From positions 62,001 through 126,000 of the forward strand of contig CAXHJY010001063.1 in assembly GCA_964016885.1 (NCBI GenBank): 64,000 nt of DNA, given 5' to 3'. Under the pieces are notes generated by a model. It did no database searches. It was not told where the DNA came from and worked only from the letters and a program-made list of their open reading frames with translations. How positions within the stretch are numbered: position 1 is the first letter of the stretch; the number at the start of each line of letters is the position of its first letter. The stretch comes from Eledone cirrhosa. Its lineage: Eukaryota. Of this stretch, positions 29,530 to 42,399 are shown piece by piece. Made by a program: the position numbers and the translations under genes.

Positions 29530-29683
29530 TTCTCTCTCTCTCTCTATATATATATAACTCTTTCATTTCCTCTCCCTCTCTCTATATATATATATCTTTC
29601 ATTTCTCTCTCTCTCTCCCTCTATATATATATATATCTTTCATTTCTCTCTCTCCCTCTCTATATATATATATATATATATAT
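29408..29683. repeat. Alternating (TC)n/(TA)n microsatellite blocks
   Basis: Directly visible, repeated as tttc(tc)n(ta)n units. Confidence 0.9.
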
Positions 29684-32048
29684 ACGGATGAGGTCTGTGG
29701 CTGGAGTAAGACCACAAGCAGGAGGAGAGTGACTTGGTGGTGGAACAATAAGGTAGATGAGGCAGTTAAGGCCAAGAGACAGGCATGGAAAGAATTGAAG
29801 AACGGGGGGAGCAGGGTACATTACATAGAGACCAAGAGGGAAGCTAGGCGACAAGTATACTTAGCTAGGAGGGAAGCAGAGGATAGAAAATTCAAGCAAG
29901 TTTTGCAACGTGAGGACCAGAAACAGGAGGTGTTCAAGATTGCGAGGCAGTGTGTCAGAGAGAATTGTGATGTCATTGGAGAGAAGTGTTTCCGGAATAT
30001 AAAGGTGAGCTTTCCCTCACAAGTGCTGAGAAGAAAGATGCATGGAAGAGTCATTATGATAGATTACTAAATGAGGAGAATGCATGGGAAGAAGAGACCC
30101 TACCCCAAGTAGACCCTATAGAGTACAAGTCAGCAGCCGCGTAGTAAGTAAGGCAATCAAAGATATGAAGATGGGGAAGGCAACCGGTCCATCGGGTATA
30201 GCTGCCGAGATGCTGAAGGCATCTGTGTCTGTAGGTCACACTATAACCACACGTATTGTTAACCAGGTAATACTAGAAGGTGTCATACCAAAAGATTGGT
30301 GGAGTAGCATCATTGTCAACTGCTACAAAGGTAAAGGTGATGCACTAGATAGAGGAAACTATAGAGGTATAAAGCTGATGGACCAGGTCATGAAAGTAAC
30401 AGAAAGAGTTATAGCACAGTTGATTAGGGACCGGGTGAAACTAGACGAGATGCAATTTGGGTTTGTACCAGGAAGAGGCACCCCTGATGCCCTCTTCCTT
30501 GTCAGGCAGTTACAGGAAAAGTACCTAGCTAAAAGTAAGCCACTCTGCCTGGCATTTGTCGATCTTGAGAAAGCCTTTGACAGAGTTCCACGTGCTGTAA
30601 TCTGGTGGGCTTTTAGAAAACTAGGAGTAGATGAATGGCTTGTGAAAGCGGTACAAGCCATGTATAGGGGAGCAGTCAGCAAAGTTAGGATTAGCAATGA
30701 GTATAGCGAGGAATTTAGCGTACAGGTTGGGGTCCACCAGGGCTCTGTTCTTAGCCCCCTCCTGTTCATCATAGTCCTGCAGGCAATAACGGAGGAGTTT
30801 AAGACCGGATGCCCATGGGAACTCCTGTATGCTGATGACCTCGCACTTATAGCTGAATCTATTGTAGAACTAGAGAAGAAATTCCAAATTTGGAAGCAGG
30901 GACTAGAAAGAAAGGGTCTCAAAGTCAACATGACAAAGACTAAGGTCCTTGTAAGTAGACGAGAAAACAGAACCCAGATCCCCTCAGGGAAATGGCCTTG
31001 CTCAGTATCTAGGAAGGGTGTAGGTAGGAACTCCATTCTCTGCCCCAAATGCAAACAATGGGTACACAAGAGATGTAGCGGGATCTCAGGAAGCTTAATT
31101 AAGAATGTAGGCTTCACATGCAGCAGCTGTGCTGGGACAGCGAGCAGCAAACAGCCACAGGAAACAAGTACCACCAATCTCTGGGAGGGCTCTGTAGAAA
31201 CAGTAGACAGCTTCTGCTACCTAGGTGACCGATAGCCGTGGAGGTGGGTGTTCAGAAAGTACAATAACTAGGGTAAGAACGGGATGGAAGAAGTTTAGGG
31301 AACTACTACCACTGCTAGCTGCAAAAGGCTTCGCCCTCAAAATGAAAGGCAGACTGTATGATGCGTGTATCCGAACAGCGATGTTGCATGGTAGTGAGAC
31401 CTGGGCGCTGAAGGTGGAAGACTTACGTAGATTAGAGAGAAACGAAGCCTACATGCTCCGATAGATGTGTAACAGTAATATACGTGAACGACAAAGCATA
31501 AATGAATTGAGAGAGTGACTGAGCATAAGAGGAATCAAATGCTGTGTGCAGGAGAGGCGGTTGCGCTGGTATGGACATGTGATGCGTATGAAGGATGACA
31601 GCTGCATAAAAAGGTGCAGAGCACTAGAAGTCGATGGAAACCGCGGAGTGGGGAGACCCAAGATGATCTGGGATGAGGTGATAAAAGCCGACCTTACCCA
31701 ATTACACCTCTCAAAGGCGATGACACACGACCGTGACCTCTGGCGTCACGCAGTAATACAGAGTACCCGACTTCCCATGGGTACGAGTTGAAGCATATAG
31801 ACAATATGCCCCCACACCCCCCACTGCAAGGTGGTCATGGAGGTGCCACGGCAAAAATGCACCCAGCCCACACTGTAAAGTGGACGTGTAGGCGCCACGA
31901 AAAAGCACCCAACACTCACTGTAAATGAGGTTGGTGGTAGTAAGGGCATCCAGCTGTAGAAATCAAGCCAAATCAGTTCCTGTATGAACAAGGCATGGTC
32001 AGCCGATCAGACACTGCCCACAACAGGACAACGCGTCTAACCCATACT
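29684..32048 (+). mobile_element. 5'-truncated RTE-clade LINE, disrupted
   Basis: ORF pieces 29729-30070, 30084-31235, 31225-31464 and 31546-31791 join into one RTE-type ORF2: TWWWN..VDEAVKAKR, NYRGIKL, QFGF, AFVDLEKAFD, GVHQGSVLSPLLF, LLYADDL, FCYLG, YGSETW-like, RLRWYGHVMR, GRPK..W. A 3' UTR follows and (TA)n flanks both sides. Confidence 0.93.
29686..31791 (+). pseudogene. RTE ORF2 remnant: reverse transcriptase with an embedded PHD-type finger, broken by frameshifts and stops
   Basis: RT motif YADD lies near 30828. Frameshifts occur near 30010-30090 and 31230, and in-frame stops near 31462 and 31517. Confidence 0.9.
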
Positions 32049-32113
32049 ATATATATACATACATATATATATACATACATATATACATACATACATATAT
32101 ATATATATACATA

Positions 32114-32163
<50 letters not shown>

Positions 32164-32187
32164 CATACATACATATATACATACATA

Positions 32188-32228
<41 letters not shown>

Positions 32229-32437
32229 ACATACATATATACATACATACATATATACATACATATATATATATACATACATATATATATATATACATAC
32301 ACATATATATATATATACATACATACATATATATACATACATACATATATACATATATATATACATACATATTTATATACATACATATATATATACATAT
32401 ATATATATACATATATATATATACATATATATATATA
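32049..32437. repeat. (TA)n/(TACA)n microsatellite
   Basis: Directly visible in the sequence. Confidence 0.95.
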
Positions 32438-33066
32438 TATTTTGAGTATATGTTGGTTGTATACCAACACCTAGTATGCAAGGTGGAGCACTCGACGAAG
32501 TGCGCAGGTTGGTTTGGTTACTCCGGAGTAATGTAAAATAAAGTTAAATAAAAATCAAATGTTTAAAATTTAGTGTTTGTGTTTGCTATTGTTTGTGTTT
32601 ACTACAGGGAGCCTCACCCCAGAAAGAATTCTATAGACTTCTGACTGAGTAATGCACTCAGAACTGACCAATGGGAAGTTTGACACTTTTTTGTTATTTT
32701 GTTCCTTTACCACCTTGTTCCTTCTACCACATTATCAATGTTTTAAGCAAACTACAACAATAACAACACTTAGAATGAGGAATGTTCTAACAACTGACCA
32801 ATGAGAGGAGAAGAGGCCCTTTGACACTGAAATTCGTTTGTTTGAATTCATATGATTCCAGTTCCTCAGTGAAATAACAAAACAACCAGGAACTGGGCAT
32901 ATCAGAGTATTGACAATATTATACACCTCAACAACATATGTACTTGTCTATACCATACTAATTCGGACTGCCTGAAGAGGTCACAGCCAAAGATGGCTGT
33001 CACTGAAATATATATAGCAGTAATAAACGAAGCTAAATTTTAAACATTTGACTTTTTATTTAACTT

Positions 33067-33072
<6 letters not shown>
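32438..33072 (+). mobile_element. ORF-less Penelope-like pLTR fragment, family B copy 1: inverted 5' segment plus direct segment carrying a hammerhead
   Basis: 32533-32573 is the reverse complement of 33033-33072. Both ends match 53457-53998. A hammerhead lies at 32967-33021 and (TA)n flanks both sides. Confidence 0.75.
32967..33021 (+). ncRNA. Minimal type-I hammerhead ribozyme, family B
   Basis: ACTGC-CTGAAGA-GGTCACAGCCA.aaga.TGGCTGTCACT-GAAA-TATATA-TA|GCAGT: stem I ACTGC/GCAGT, intact core, palindromic stem III. Confidence 0.88.
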
Positions 33073-33151
<79 letters not shown>

Positions 33152-33268
33152 CATATATACATATATATACATATATATATATATACATATAACGAAGGAA
33201 ATATGGTAAGGAACCAGGTGGACCATAACGCACCAAAGTACTCAGTACTTAGGGTAGTAGAGTGGGTA

Positions 33269-33352
33269 ATAGGAACGAGTAGGACCCCGACGGCTGAGCA
33301 CAAGCCGTCCAAACGGCTTGAGCTCAGCGGTCGGGGTCCTACTCGTTCCTAT
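33269..33352. other. 84-nt GC-rich near-perfect hairpin
   Basis: ataggaacgagtaggaccccgac.g.gctgagc.a.caagccgt [ccaa] acggcttg.a.gctcagc.g.gtcggggtcctactcgttcctat: a ~40-bp stem with two mismatches. Confidence 0.9.
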
Positions 33353-34080
33353 ATATACACATATATATATATATATATATATATGGATATAAATATAGAT
33401 ATATATATGCAATACCCACATTCACACATATATATCAGTACACAACACACACACACATATATATCAGTACACAACACACTCACACATATACATCAGTACA
33501 TAACACACACACACACATATATATCAGTACACAACACACTCACACATATACATCAGTACACAACACACACACACACATATATATCAGTACACTCACACAC
33601 ATACATATATATCAGTACACAACACACACACACATATACATCAGTACACACACATATATATATCAGTACACAACACACATATACATCAGTACACAACACA
33701 CACACACATATATATCAGTACACTCACACACATACATATATATCAGTACACAACACACACACACATATATATCAGTACACAACACAATCACACATATATA
33801 TCAGTACACACTCACACACATACATATATATATATCAGTACACAACACACACATATATCAGTACATAGCACACTCACATACTCACACATATATATCAGTA
33901 CATAACAGACACACACACATATACATCAGTACACAACACACACACACATATACATCAGTACACAACACACTCACACATATATATCAGTACACAACATACA
34001 TACATCAGTACACAACATACATACATCAGTACACAACACACACACATATATATCAGTACACAACACACACACACACACAT

Positions 34081-35037
34081 AAGACCCGCCTTACCTAAGT
34101 ACAAAGTGAAACCTACTACAGTCAGTAGGCACCTCTAACAAAATACACCCTCGTACCACTACCCCCACCCCATCCACACCACCCCTTTCAATGTAGAGTT
34201 ATGTTGGTACCACAACATCCAGGCCGAAACAAATGAGGTCGTGTAGGTGTCACGACAAAAAACACAGTCCACGCTGTAATGTGGCCGTGTAGGTAACATG
34301 GTAAAAACCTACCAGTCCACACTAAATGTGGTTGGTGTTAGGAAGGGCATCCAGCCGTAGAAAACCCGCCAGACAGTCCACGCTGTAATGTGGCCGTGTA
34401 GGTAACACGGTAAAAACCTCCCAGTTCCACACTGTAAATGTGGTTGGTGTTAGGAAGGGCATCCAGCTGTAGAAAACCCACCAGATAGTCCACGCTGTAA
34501 TGTGGCCGTGTAGGGAACACGGTAAAAACCTCCCAGTCGACACTGTAAATGTGGTTGGTGTTAGGAAGGGCATCCAGCCGTAGAAAACCCGCCAGACAGT
34601 CCACGCTGTAATGTGGCCGTGTAGGGAACACGGTAAAAACCTCCCAGTCCCACACTGCAAATGTGGTTGGTGTTAGGAAGGGCATCCAGCTGTAGAAAAC
34701 CCGCCAGGCAGTCCACGCTGTAATGTGGCCATGTAGGTAAAACGGTAAAAATCTCCCAGTCCCACACTGTAAATGTGGTTGGTGTTAGGAAGGGCATCCA
34801 GCTGTAGAAAACCCGCCAGACAGTCCACGCTGTAATGTGGCCGTGTAGGTAACACGGTAAAAACCTCCCAGTCCCACACTGTAAATGTGGTTGGTGTTAG
34901 GAAGGGCATCCAGCTGTAGAAAACCCGCCAGACAGTCCTATGCGAGCAAGACAACCACTCTTGCCTCAAGTGGGAAAACCCCCGTCCAAACCCATGCAAG
35001 CGTGGAATTATGGACGTTAAACGATGATGATGATGAT
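34081..35037 (+). mobile_element. RTE-type LINE/SINE 3' end with a tandemly amplified UTR segment and a (GAT)n tail
   Basis: Shares cactgtaaatg.ggttggtg...aagggcatccagctgtagaaa with the RTE 3' UTR at 31917-31962. Ends ...ggacgttaaacgatgatgatgatgat. Confidence 0.75.
34265..34938 (+). repeat. ~112-bp tandem repeat, 6 copies
   Basis: cacgctgtaa occurs at 34270, 34379, 34491, 34602, 34714 and 34826. Confidence 0.93.
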
Positions 35038-36314
35038 ATATATCAGTACACACACACACATATACATCAGTACACACACATATATATCAGTACACACACA
35101 CACATATATATCAGTACACACACACATATACATCAGTACACACACACATATATATCAGTACACACACACATATATATCAGTACACACACACATATATATC
35201 AGTACACAACACACTCACACATATATCAGTACACACACACACACATATACATCAGTACACACACATATATATATCAGTACACACACATATATATCAGTAC
35301 ACACACACATATATATATCAGTACACTCACACACATATACATCAGTACACAACACACATATATATTAGTACACACACACATATATATCAGTACACTCACA
35401 CACATATATATCAGTACATACACATATATATATCAGTACACACACACACATATATATATCAGTACACACACATATATATCAGTACACTCACACATATATA
35501 TATCAGTACACTCACACACATATATATCAGTACACACATACACATATATATCAGTACACACACACATGTATATCAGTACACACACATATATATATCAGTA
35601 CACACACACATATATATCAGTACACACACATATATATATCAGTACACACACACATATACATCAGTACACACATACATATACATCAGTACACAACACACAC
35701 ACACATATATATCAGTACACAACACACACACATATACATCAGTACACTCACACATATATATCAGTACACAACACACATATACATCAGTACACACACACAC
35801 ATATATATCAGTACACACACACATATATATCAGTACACAACATACATATATATATCAGTACACACACACATATGTATCAGTACACTCACACATATACATC
35901 AGTACACAACACACATATATATCACTACACAACACACTCACACATATACATCAGTACACAACACACACACACATATATATCAGTACACACACACATATAC
36001 ATCAGTACACTCACACATATACATCAGTACACAACACACTCACACATATACATCAGTACACAACACACTCACACATATACATCAGTACACTCACACATAT
36101 ATCAGTACACAACACACACACACATATATATCAGTACACAAACACATATACATCAGTACACACACACATATATATCAGTACACACACATCCTTGTTGCCC
36201 CTTATGTGATCCTACTAAAATATATATGAACACTTCAAGAGTTTCGTGACTAAAATCAGTATCTGTAATTCCAGAACTGGCACCATACCTTCTTTTACGA
36301 CCTCTAAGTACATC

Positions 36315-36615
36315 TTACACACACATTATCTCACATACATACATACACTATCTCACATACACTATCACACATACACTATCTCACATACACTATCTCACAC
36401 GCGCGCACACACATACTATCTCACAAAGGCACATACATACATACACTTTCTCACATACACACACACACACAATCTCACATACACACACACAATCTCACAA
36501 ACACACACAATCTCACAAACACATACACACTATCTCACATACACACATACATACACAATCTCACATACACACCCTCTCACATACACACATACATACACTA
36601 TCTCATACATACACA
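36315..36615. repeat. Degenerate (ctatctcacatacacac)n low-complexity repeat
   Basis: atctcaca core recurs in a CA-rich background. Confidence 0.75.
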
Positions 36616-36843
36616 CGTGCGCAGACGCACAGCAAAATACACACGTGCACATATACACACACATCCCCCTACCCGCCACAATCCCACAATACCCCCCCAC
36701 ACACACACACACACAGGAGCCCTACTCCCCCCACGACCCCCTACACAACACACACCAAATATGTAAATATACAAATGAAAATTGAAATAAAAACTAGTAA
36801 CGAAATTCAACAATTTCTTTCATGGAAAAAGATTAATCTATTT

Positions 36844-37159
36844 TACTACTACCACCACTACCACTAATCCCACCACCACCACCACCACTCTCCCACCACC
36901 ACTACCACTAATCCCACCACCACCACCACCACCATTACCACCACCACCACCACCACTACTACCACCACCACCACCACCATCACCACTACTGCTGCCAGCA
37001 TCCCTACAACTACCACCACCACCACTTACTCCCACCACCACCACCACCACTGCTGCCAGCATCCCTACTACTACTACAACAACAACCAGCAGCACTACTA
37101 CTACCACCACCACCACCGCTGCCAGCATCCCTACTACTACTACAACAACAACCAGCAGC

Positions 37160-37194
<35 letters not shown>

Positions 37195-37216
37195 CAGCAA
37201 CATTACTATTATTGCT

Positions 37217-37250
<34 letters not shown>
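36844..37250. repeat. (ACC/ACT)n trinucleotide tract with internal ~60-66-bp duplications
   Basis: gctgccagcatccctac occurs three times (about 36991, 37052, 37118). Confidence 0.85.
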
Positions 37251-37461
37251 GCTATCAATCGTCTGCCTCACGTAGGTCACATGACCGAGGAAATTGATCT
37301 GTGGTCGGTGAGACGACCGTGACAAATTATAATAAAATGACCACAAGGGACGTGGAAAATATTGGAGGAGATCCGGGAATGAACACTAAGTACTAAGGAT
37401 CCCTGTCCGGTGACTCTATCACGATGACATGTTTGAAGGACCACAATGGGTGTGTGATTGT

Positions 37462-37591
37462 GACTCATTCTAAATAGAGGGGTGCAGTATTTTAGTTACC
37501 CTGATAGTTGCTGTGACCCTTCACACGACTCATTCTAAATAGAGGGGTGCAGTATTTTAGTTACCCTGATAGTTGCTGTGACCCTTCACAC
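37462..37591. repeat. Exact 65-bp tandem duplication abutting the 51-bp array
   Basis: gactcattctaaatagaggggtgcagtattttagttaccctgatagttgctgtgacccttcacac occurs at 37462 and 37527. Confidence 0.9.
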
Positions 37592-40500
37592 TGACTCAGT
37601 TCTGACGTTGAGGTGCCAGATGTCGATAGTGGCACTTCACACTGGCTCAGTTCTGACGTTGAGGTGCCAGATGTTGATAGTGGCACTTCACACTGGCTCA
37701 GTTCTGACATTGAGGTGCCAGATGTCGATAGTGGCACTTCACACTGACTCAGTTCTGACGTTGAGGTGCCAGATGTTGATAGTGGCACTTCACACTGGCT
37801 CAGTTCTGACATTGAGGTGCCAGATGTTGATAGTGGCACTTCACACTGGCTCAGTTCTGACGTTAAGGTGCCAGATGTTGATAGTGGGACTTCACACTGG
37901 CTCAATTCTGACATTGAGGTGCCAGATGTCGATAGTTGCACTTCACACTGACTCAGTTCTGACATTGAGGTGCCAGATGTCGATAGTGGCACTTCATACT
38001 GGCTCAGTTCTTACATTGAGGTGCCAGATGTTGATAGTGGCACTTCACACTGACTCAATTCTGACATTGAGGTGCCAGATGTCGATAGTGGCACTTCACA
38101 CTGACTCAGTTCTGACGTTGAGGTGCCAGATGTTGATAGTGGCACTTCACACTGGCTCAGTTCTGACATTGAGGTGCCAGATGTTGATAGTGGCACTTCA
38201 CACTGGCTCAGTTCTTACATTGAGGTGCCAGATGTTGATAGTGGCACTTCACACTGGCTCAGTTCTGACATTGAGGTGCCAGATGTCGATAGTGGCACTT
38301 CACACTGGCTCAGTTCTGATATTGAGGTGCCAGATGTCGATAGTGGCACTTCACACTGGCTCAGTTCTGACATTGAGGTGACAGATGTTGATAGTGGCAC
38401 TTCACACTGGCTCAGTTCTGACGTTGAGGTGCCAGATGTTGATAGTGGCACTTCACACTGACTCAGTTCTGACAATGAGGTGCCAGATGTCGATAGTGGC
38501 ACTTCACACTGACTCAGTTGTGACGTTGAGGTGCCAGATATTGATAGTAGCACTTCACACTGGCTCAGTTCTGACATTGAGGTGCCAGATGTTGATAGTG
38601 GCACTTCACACTGGCTCAGTTCTGACATTTAGGTGCCAGATGTCGATAGTGGCACTTCACACTGACTCAGTTCTGACGTTGAGGTGCCAGATGTTGATAG
38701 TGGCACTTCACACTGGCTCAGTTCTGACATTGAGGTGCCAGATGTCGATAGTGGCACTTCACACTGACTCAGTTCTGACGTTGAGGTGCCAGATGTTGAT
38801 AGTGGCAATTCACACTGACTCAGTTCTGACAATGAGGTGCCAGATGTCGATAGTGGCACTTCACACTGACTCAGTTCTGACGTTGAGGTGCCAGATGTTG
38901 ATAGTGGCACTTCACACTGGCTCAGTTCTGACGTTGAGGTGCCAGATGTTGATAGTGGCACTTCACACTGACTCAGTTCTGACGTTGACGTGCCAGATGT
39001 CGATAGTGGCACTTCACACTGACTCAGTTCTGACATTGAGGTGCCAGATGTCGATAGTAGCACTTCACACTGGCTCAGTTCTGACATTGAGGTGCCAGAT
39101 GTTGATAGTGGCACTTCACACTGACTCAGTTCTGACGTTGAGGTGCCAGATGTTGATAGTGGCACTTCTCACTGAGTCAGCTCTGACATTGAGGTGCCAG
39201 ATGTTGATAGTGGCACATCACACTGGCTCAGTTCTGACATTGAGGTGCCAGATGTTGATAGTGGCACTTCACACTGGCTCAGTTCTGACATTTAGGTGCC
39301 AGATGTCGATAGTTGCACTTCACACTGGCTCAGTTCTGACATTGAGGTGCCAGATGTTGATAGTGGCACTTCACACTGGCTCAGTTCTGACATTGAGGTG
39401 CCAGATGTTGATAGTGGCACTTCACACTGACTCAGTTCTGACGTTGAGGTGCCAGATGTTGATAGTGGCACTTCACACTGACTCAGTTCTGACATTGAGG
39501 TGCCAGATGTTGATAGTTGCACTTCACACTGGCTCAGTTCTGATATTGAGGTGCCAGATGTTGATAGTAGCACTTCACACTGACTCAGTTCTGACAATGA
39601 GGTGCCAGATGTCGATAGTGGCACTTCACACTGACTCAGTTCTGACGTTGAGGTGCCAGATGTTGATAGTGGCACTTCACACTGGCTCAGTTCTGACGTT
39701 GAGGTGCCAGATGTTGATAGTGGCACTTCACACTGACTCAGTTCTGACGTTGAGGTGCCAGATGTCGATAGTGGCACTTCACACTGACTCAGTTCTGACA
39801 TTGAGGTGCCAGATGTCGATAGTGGCACTTCACACTGGCTCAGTTCTGACATTGATGTGCCAGATGTTGATAGTGGCACTTCACACTGACTCAGTTCTGA
39901 CGTTGAGGTGCCAGATGTTGATAGTGGCACTTCTCACTGACTCAGTTCTGACATTGAGGTGCCAGATGTTGATAGTGGCACTTCACACTGGCTCAGTTCT
40001 GACATTGAGGTGCCAGATGTTGATAGTGGCACTTCACACTGACTCAGTTCTGACGTTGAGGTGCCAGATGTTGATAGTGGCACTTCACACTGACTCAGTT
40101 CTGACATTGAGGTGCCAGATGTTGATAGTGGCACTTCTCACTGACTCAGTTCTGATATTGAGGTGCCAGATGTCGATAGTTGCACTTCACACTGGCTCAG
40201 TTCTGACATTGAGGTGCCAGATGTTGATAGTGGCACTTCACACTGACTCAGTTCTGACGTTGAGGTGCCAGATGTTGATAGTGGCACTTCACACTGACTC
40301 AGTTCTGACATTGAGGTGCCAGATGTTGATAGTGGCACTTCACACTGACTCAGTTCTGACGTTGAGGTGCCAGATGTTGATAGTAGCACTTCACACTGGC
40401 TCAGTTCTGACATTGAGGTGCCAGATGTCGATAGTGGCATTTCACACTGGCTCAGTTCTGAGTTTGAGGTGCCAGATGTTGATAGTGGCACTTCACACTG

Positions 40501-42114
40501 GCTCAGTTCTGACATTGAGGTGCCAGATGTTGATAGTGGCACTTCACACTGACTCAGTTCTGAGTTTGAGGTGCCAGATGTTGATAGTGGCACTTCACAC
40601 TGGCTCAGTTCTGACGTTGAGGTGCCAGATGTTGATAGTGGCACTCCACACTGGCTCAGTTCTGATGTTGCGGTGCCAGATGTGGATAGTGGGACTTCAT
40701 ACTGGCTCAGTTCTCATTTCGAGGGGCCAGATGTCGATAGTGGCACTTCACACTGGCTCAGTTCTGACATTGAGGTGCTAGATGTCGATAGTGGCACTTC
40801 ACACTGGCTCAGTTCTGACGTTGATGTGCCAGATGTTTATAGTGGCACTTCACACTGGCTCAGTTCTGACATTGAGGTGCCAGATGTTGATAGTGGCACT
40901 TCGCACTGACTCAGTTCTGACATTGAGGTGCCAGATGTTGATAGTGGCACTTCACACTGACTCAGTTCTGACATTGAGGTGCCAGATGTTGATAGTAACA
41001 CTTCACACTGGCTCAGTTCTGACATTGAGGTGCCAGATGTCGATAGTGGCACTTCACACTGACTCAGTTCTGACATTGAGGTGCCAGATGTTGATAGTAA
41101 CACTTCACACTGGCTCAGTTCTGACGTTGAGGTGCCAGATGTTGATAGTAACACTTCACACTGGCTCAGTTCTGACATTGAGGTGCCAGATGTCGATAGT
41201 GGCACTTCACACTGGCTCAGTTCTGACGTTGAGGTGCCAGATGTTGATAGTGGCACTTCACACTGGCTCAGTTCTGACGTTGAGGTGCCAGATGTTGATA
41301 GTGGCACTTCACACTGGCTCAGTTCTGACGTTGAGGTGCCAGATGTTGATAGTGGCACTTCACACTGGCTCAGTTCTGACATTGAGGTGCCAGATGTTGA
41401 TAGTGGCACTTCACACTGACTCAGTTCTGACGTTGAGGTGCCAGATGTTGATAGTGGCACTTCACACTGGCTCAGTTCTGACGTTGAGGTGCCAGATGTT
41501 GATAGTGGCACTTCACACTGGCTCAGTTCTGACGTTGAGGTGCCAGATGTTGATAGTGGCACTTCACACTGGCTCAGTTCTGACATTGAGGTGCCAGATG
41601 TCGATAGTGGCACTTCACACTGGCTCAGTTCTGACGTTGAGGTGCCAGATGTCGATAGTGGCACTTCACACTGGCTCAGTTCTGACGTTGAGGTGCCAGA
41701 TGTTGATAGTGGCACTTCACACTGGCTCAGTTCTGACGTTGAGGTGCCAGATGTTGATAGTGGCACTTCACACTGGCTCAGTTCTGACGTTGAGGTGCCA
41801 GATGTCGATAGTGGCACTTCACACTGGCTCAGTTCTGACGTTGAGGTGCCAGATGTTGAAAGTGGAACCTCACACTGGTTCAGTTCTCATATTGAGGTGC
41901 CAGATGTCGATAGTGGCACTTCACACTGGCTCAGTTCTGACGATGAGGTGCCAGATGTTGAAAGTGGAACCTCACACTGGTTCAGTTCTCATATTGAGGT
42001 GCCAGATGTCGATAGTGGCACTTCACACTGGCTCAGTTCTGACGTTGAGGTGCCAGATGTTGAAAGTGGAACCTCACACTGGTTCAGTTCTCATATTGAG
42101 GTGCCAGATGTCGA
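37584..42114. repeat. 51-bp minisatellite, about 89 copies (cttcacactg[g/a]ctcagttctgac[g/a]ttgaggtgccagatgt[t/c]gatagtggca)
   Basis: The 17-codon periodicity shows in all overlapping ORFs. No indels were seen. Confidence 0.97.
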
Positions 42115-42399
42115 GTTCGATTAAGAATATCAATATAGATTGGAACTGGTGTAGAGTTCCGAGAAGGATGGCCACTTCTCCATAGAAAATGACCTCTTAT
42201 CCGATCTTTATCCCGCCATATTTCTCCCTCGTTTGTTTTTGCAAAAATTGCAGGCAAATGGTGAATGACTCGAAAGTTTAACATCAAGAATTTATTGACT
42301 GACATCCAGCCCCTTAAATATTTAGTATGATAACGTAAACTTTAGGGATAATAGCCAGTATATTTAATTTTCTGACAAGTTCACATGATGCTACCCGAG

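Larger units (their letters stand above)
33420..36190. repeat. Variable-length minisatellite (ata[t/c]atcagtacac(ac)n), interrupted by an insertion at 34081-35037
   Basis: The core ATCAGTACAC recurs about every 20-30 nt on both sides of the insertion. Confidence 0.9.

Noticed and set aside
30359-31177. 272-aa minus-strand ORF and the antisense ORFs within the PLE and CR1
   Set aside because: They are antisense shadows of RT coding sequence.
33203-36785. His/Thr/Tyr-rich ORFs
   Set aside because: They are products of the CA/TA minisatellite and have no domain content.
37277-37468. Minus ORF ending LTDHRSISSVM, resembling the LINE endonuclease SDH motif
   Set aside because: A single short motif is not enough support without a profile search.
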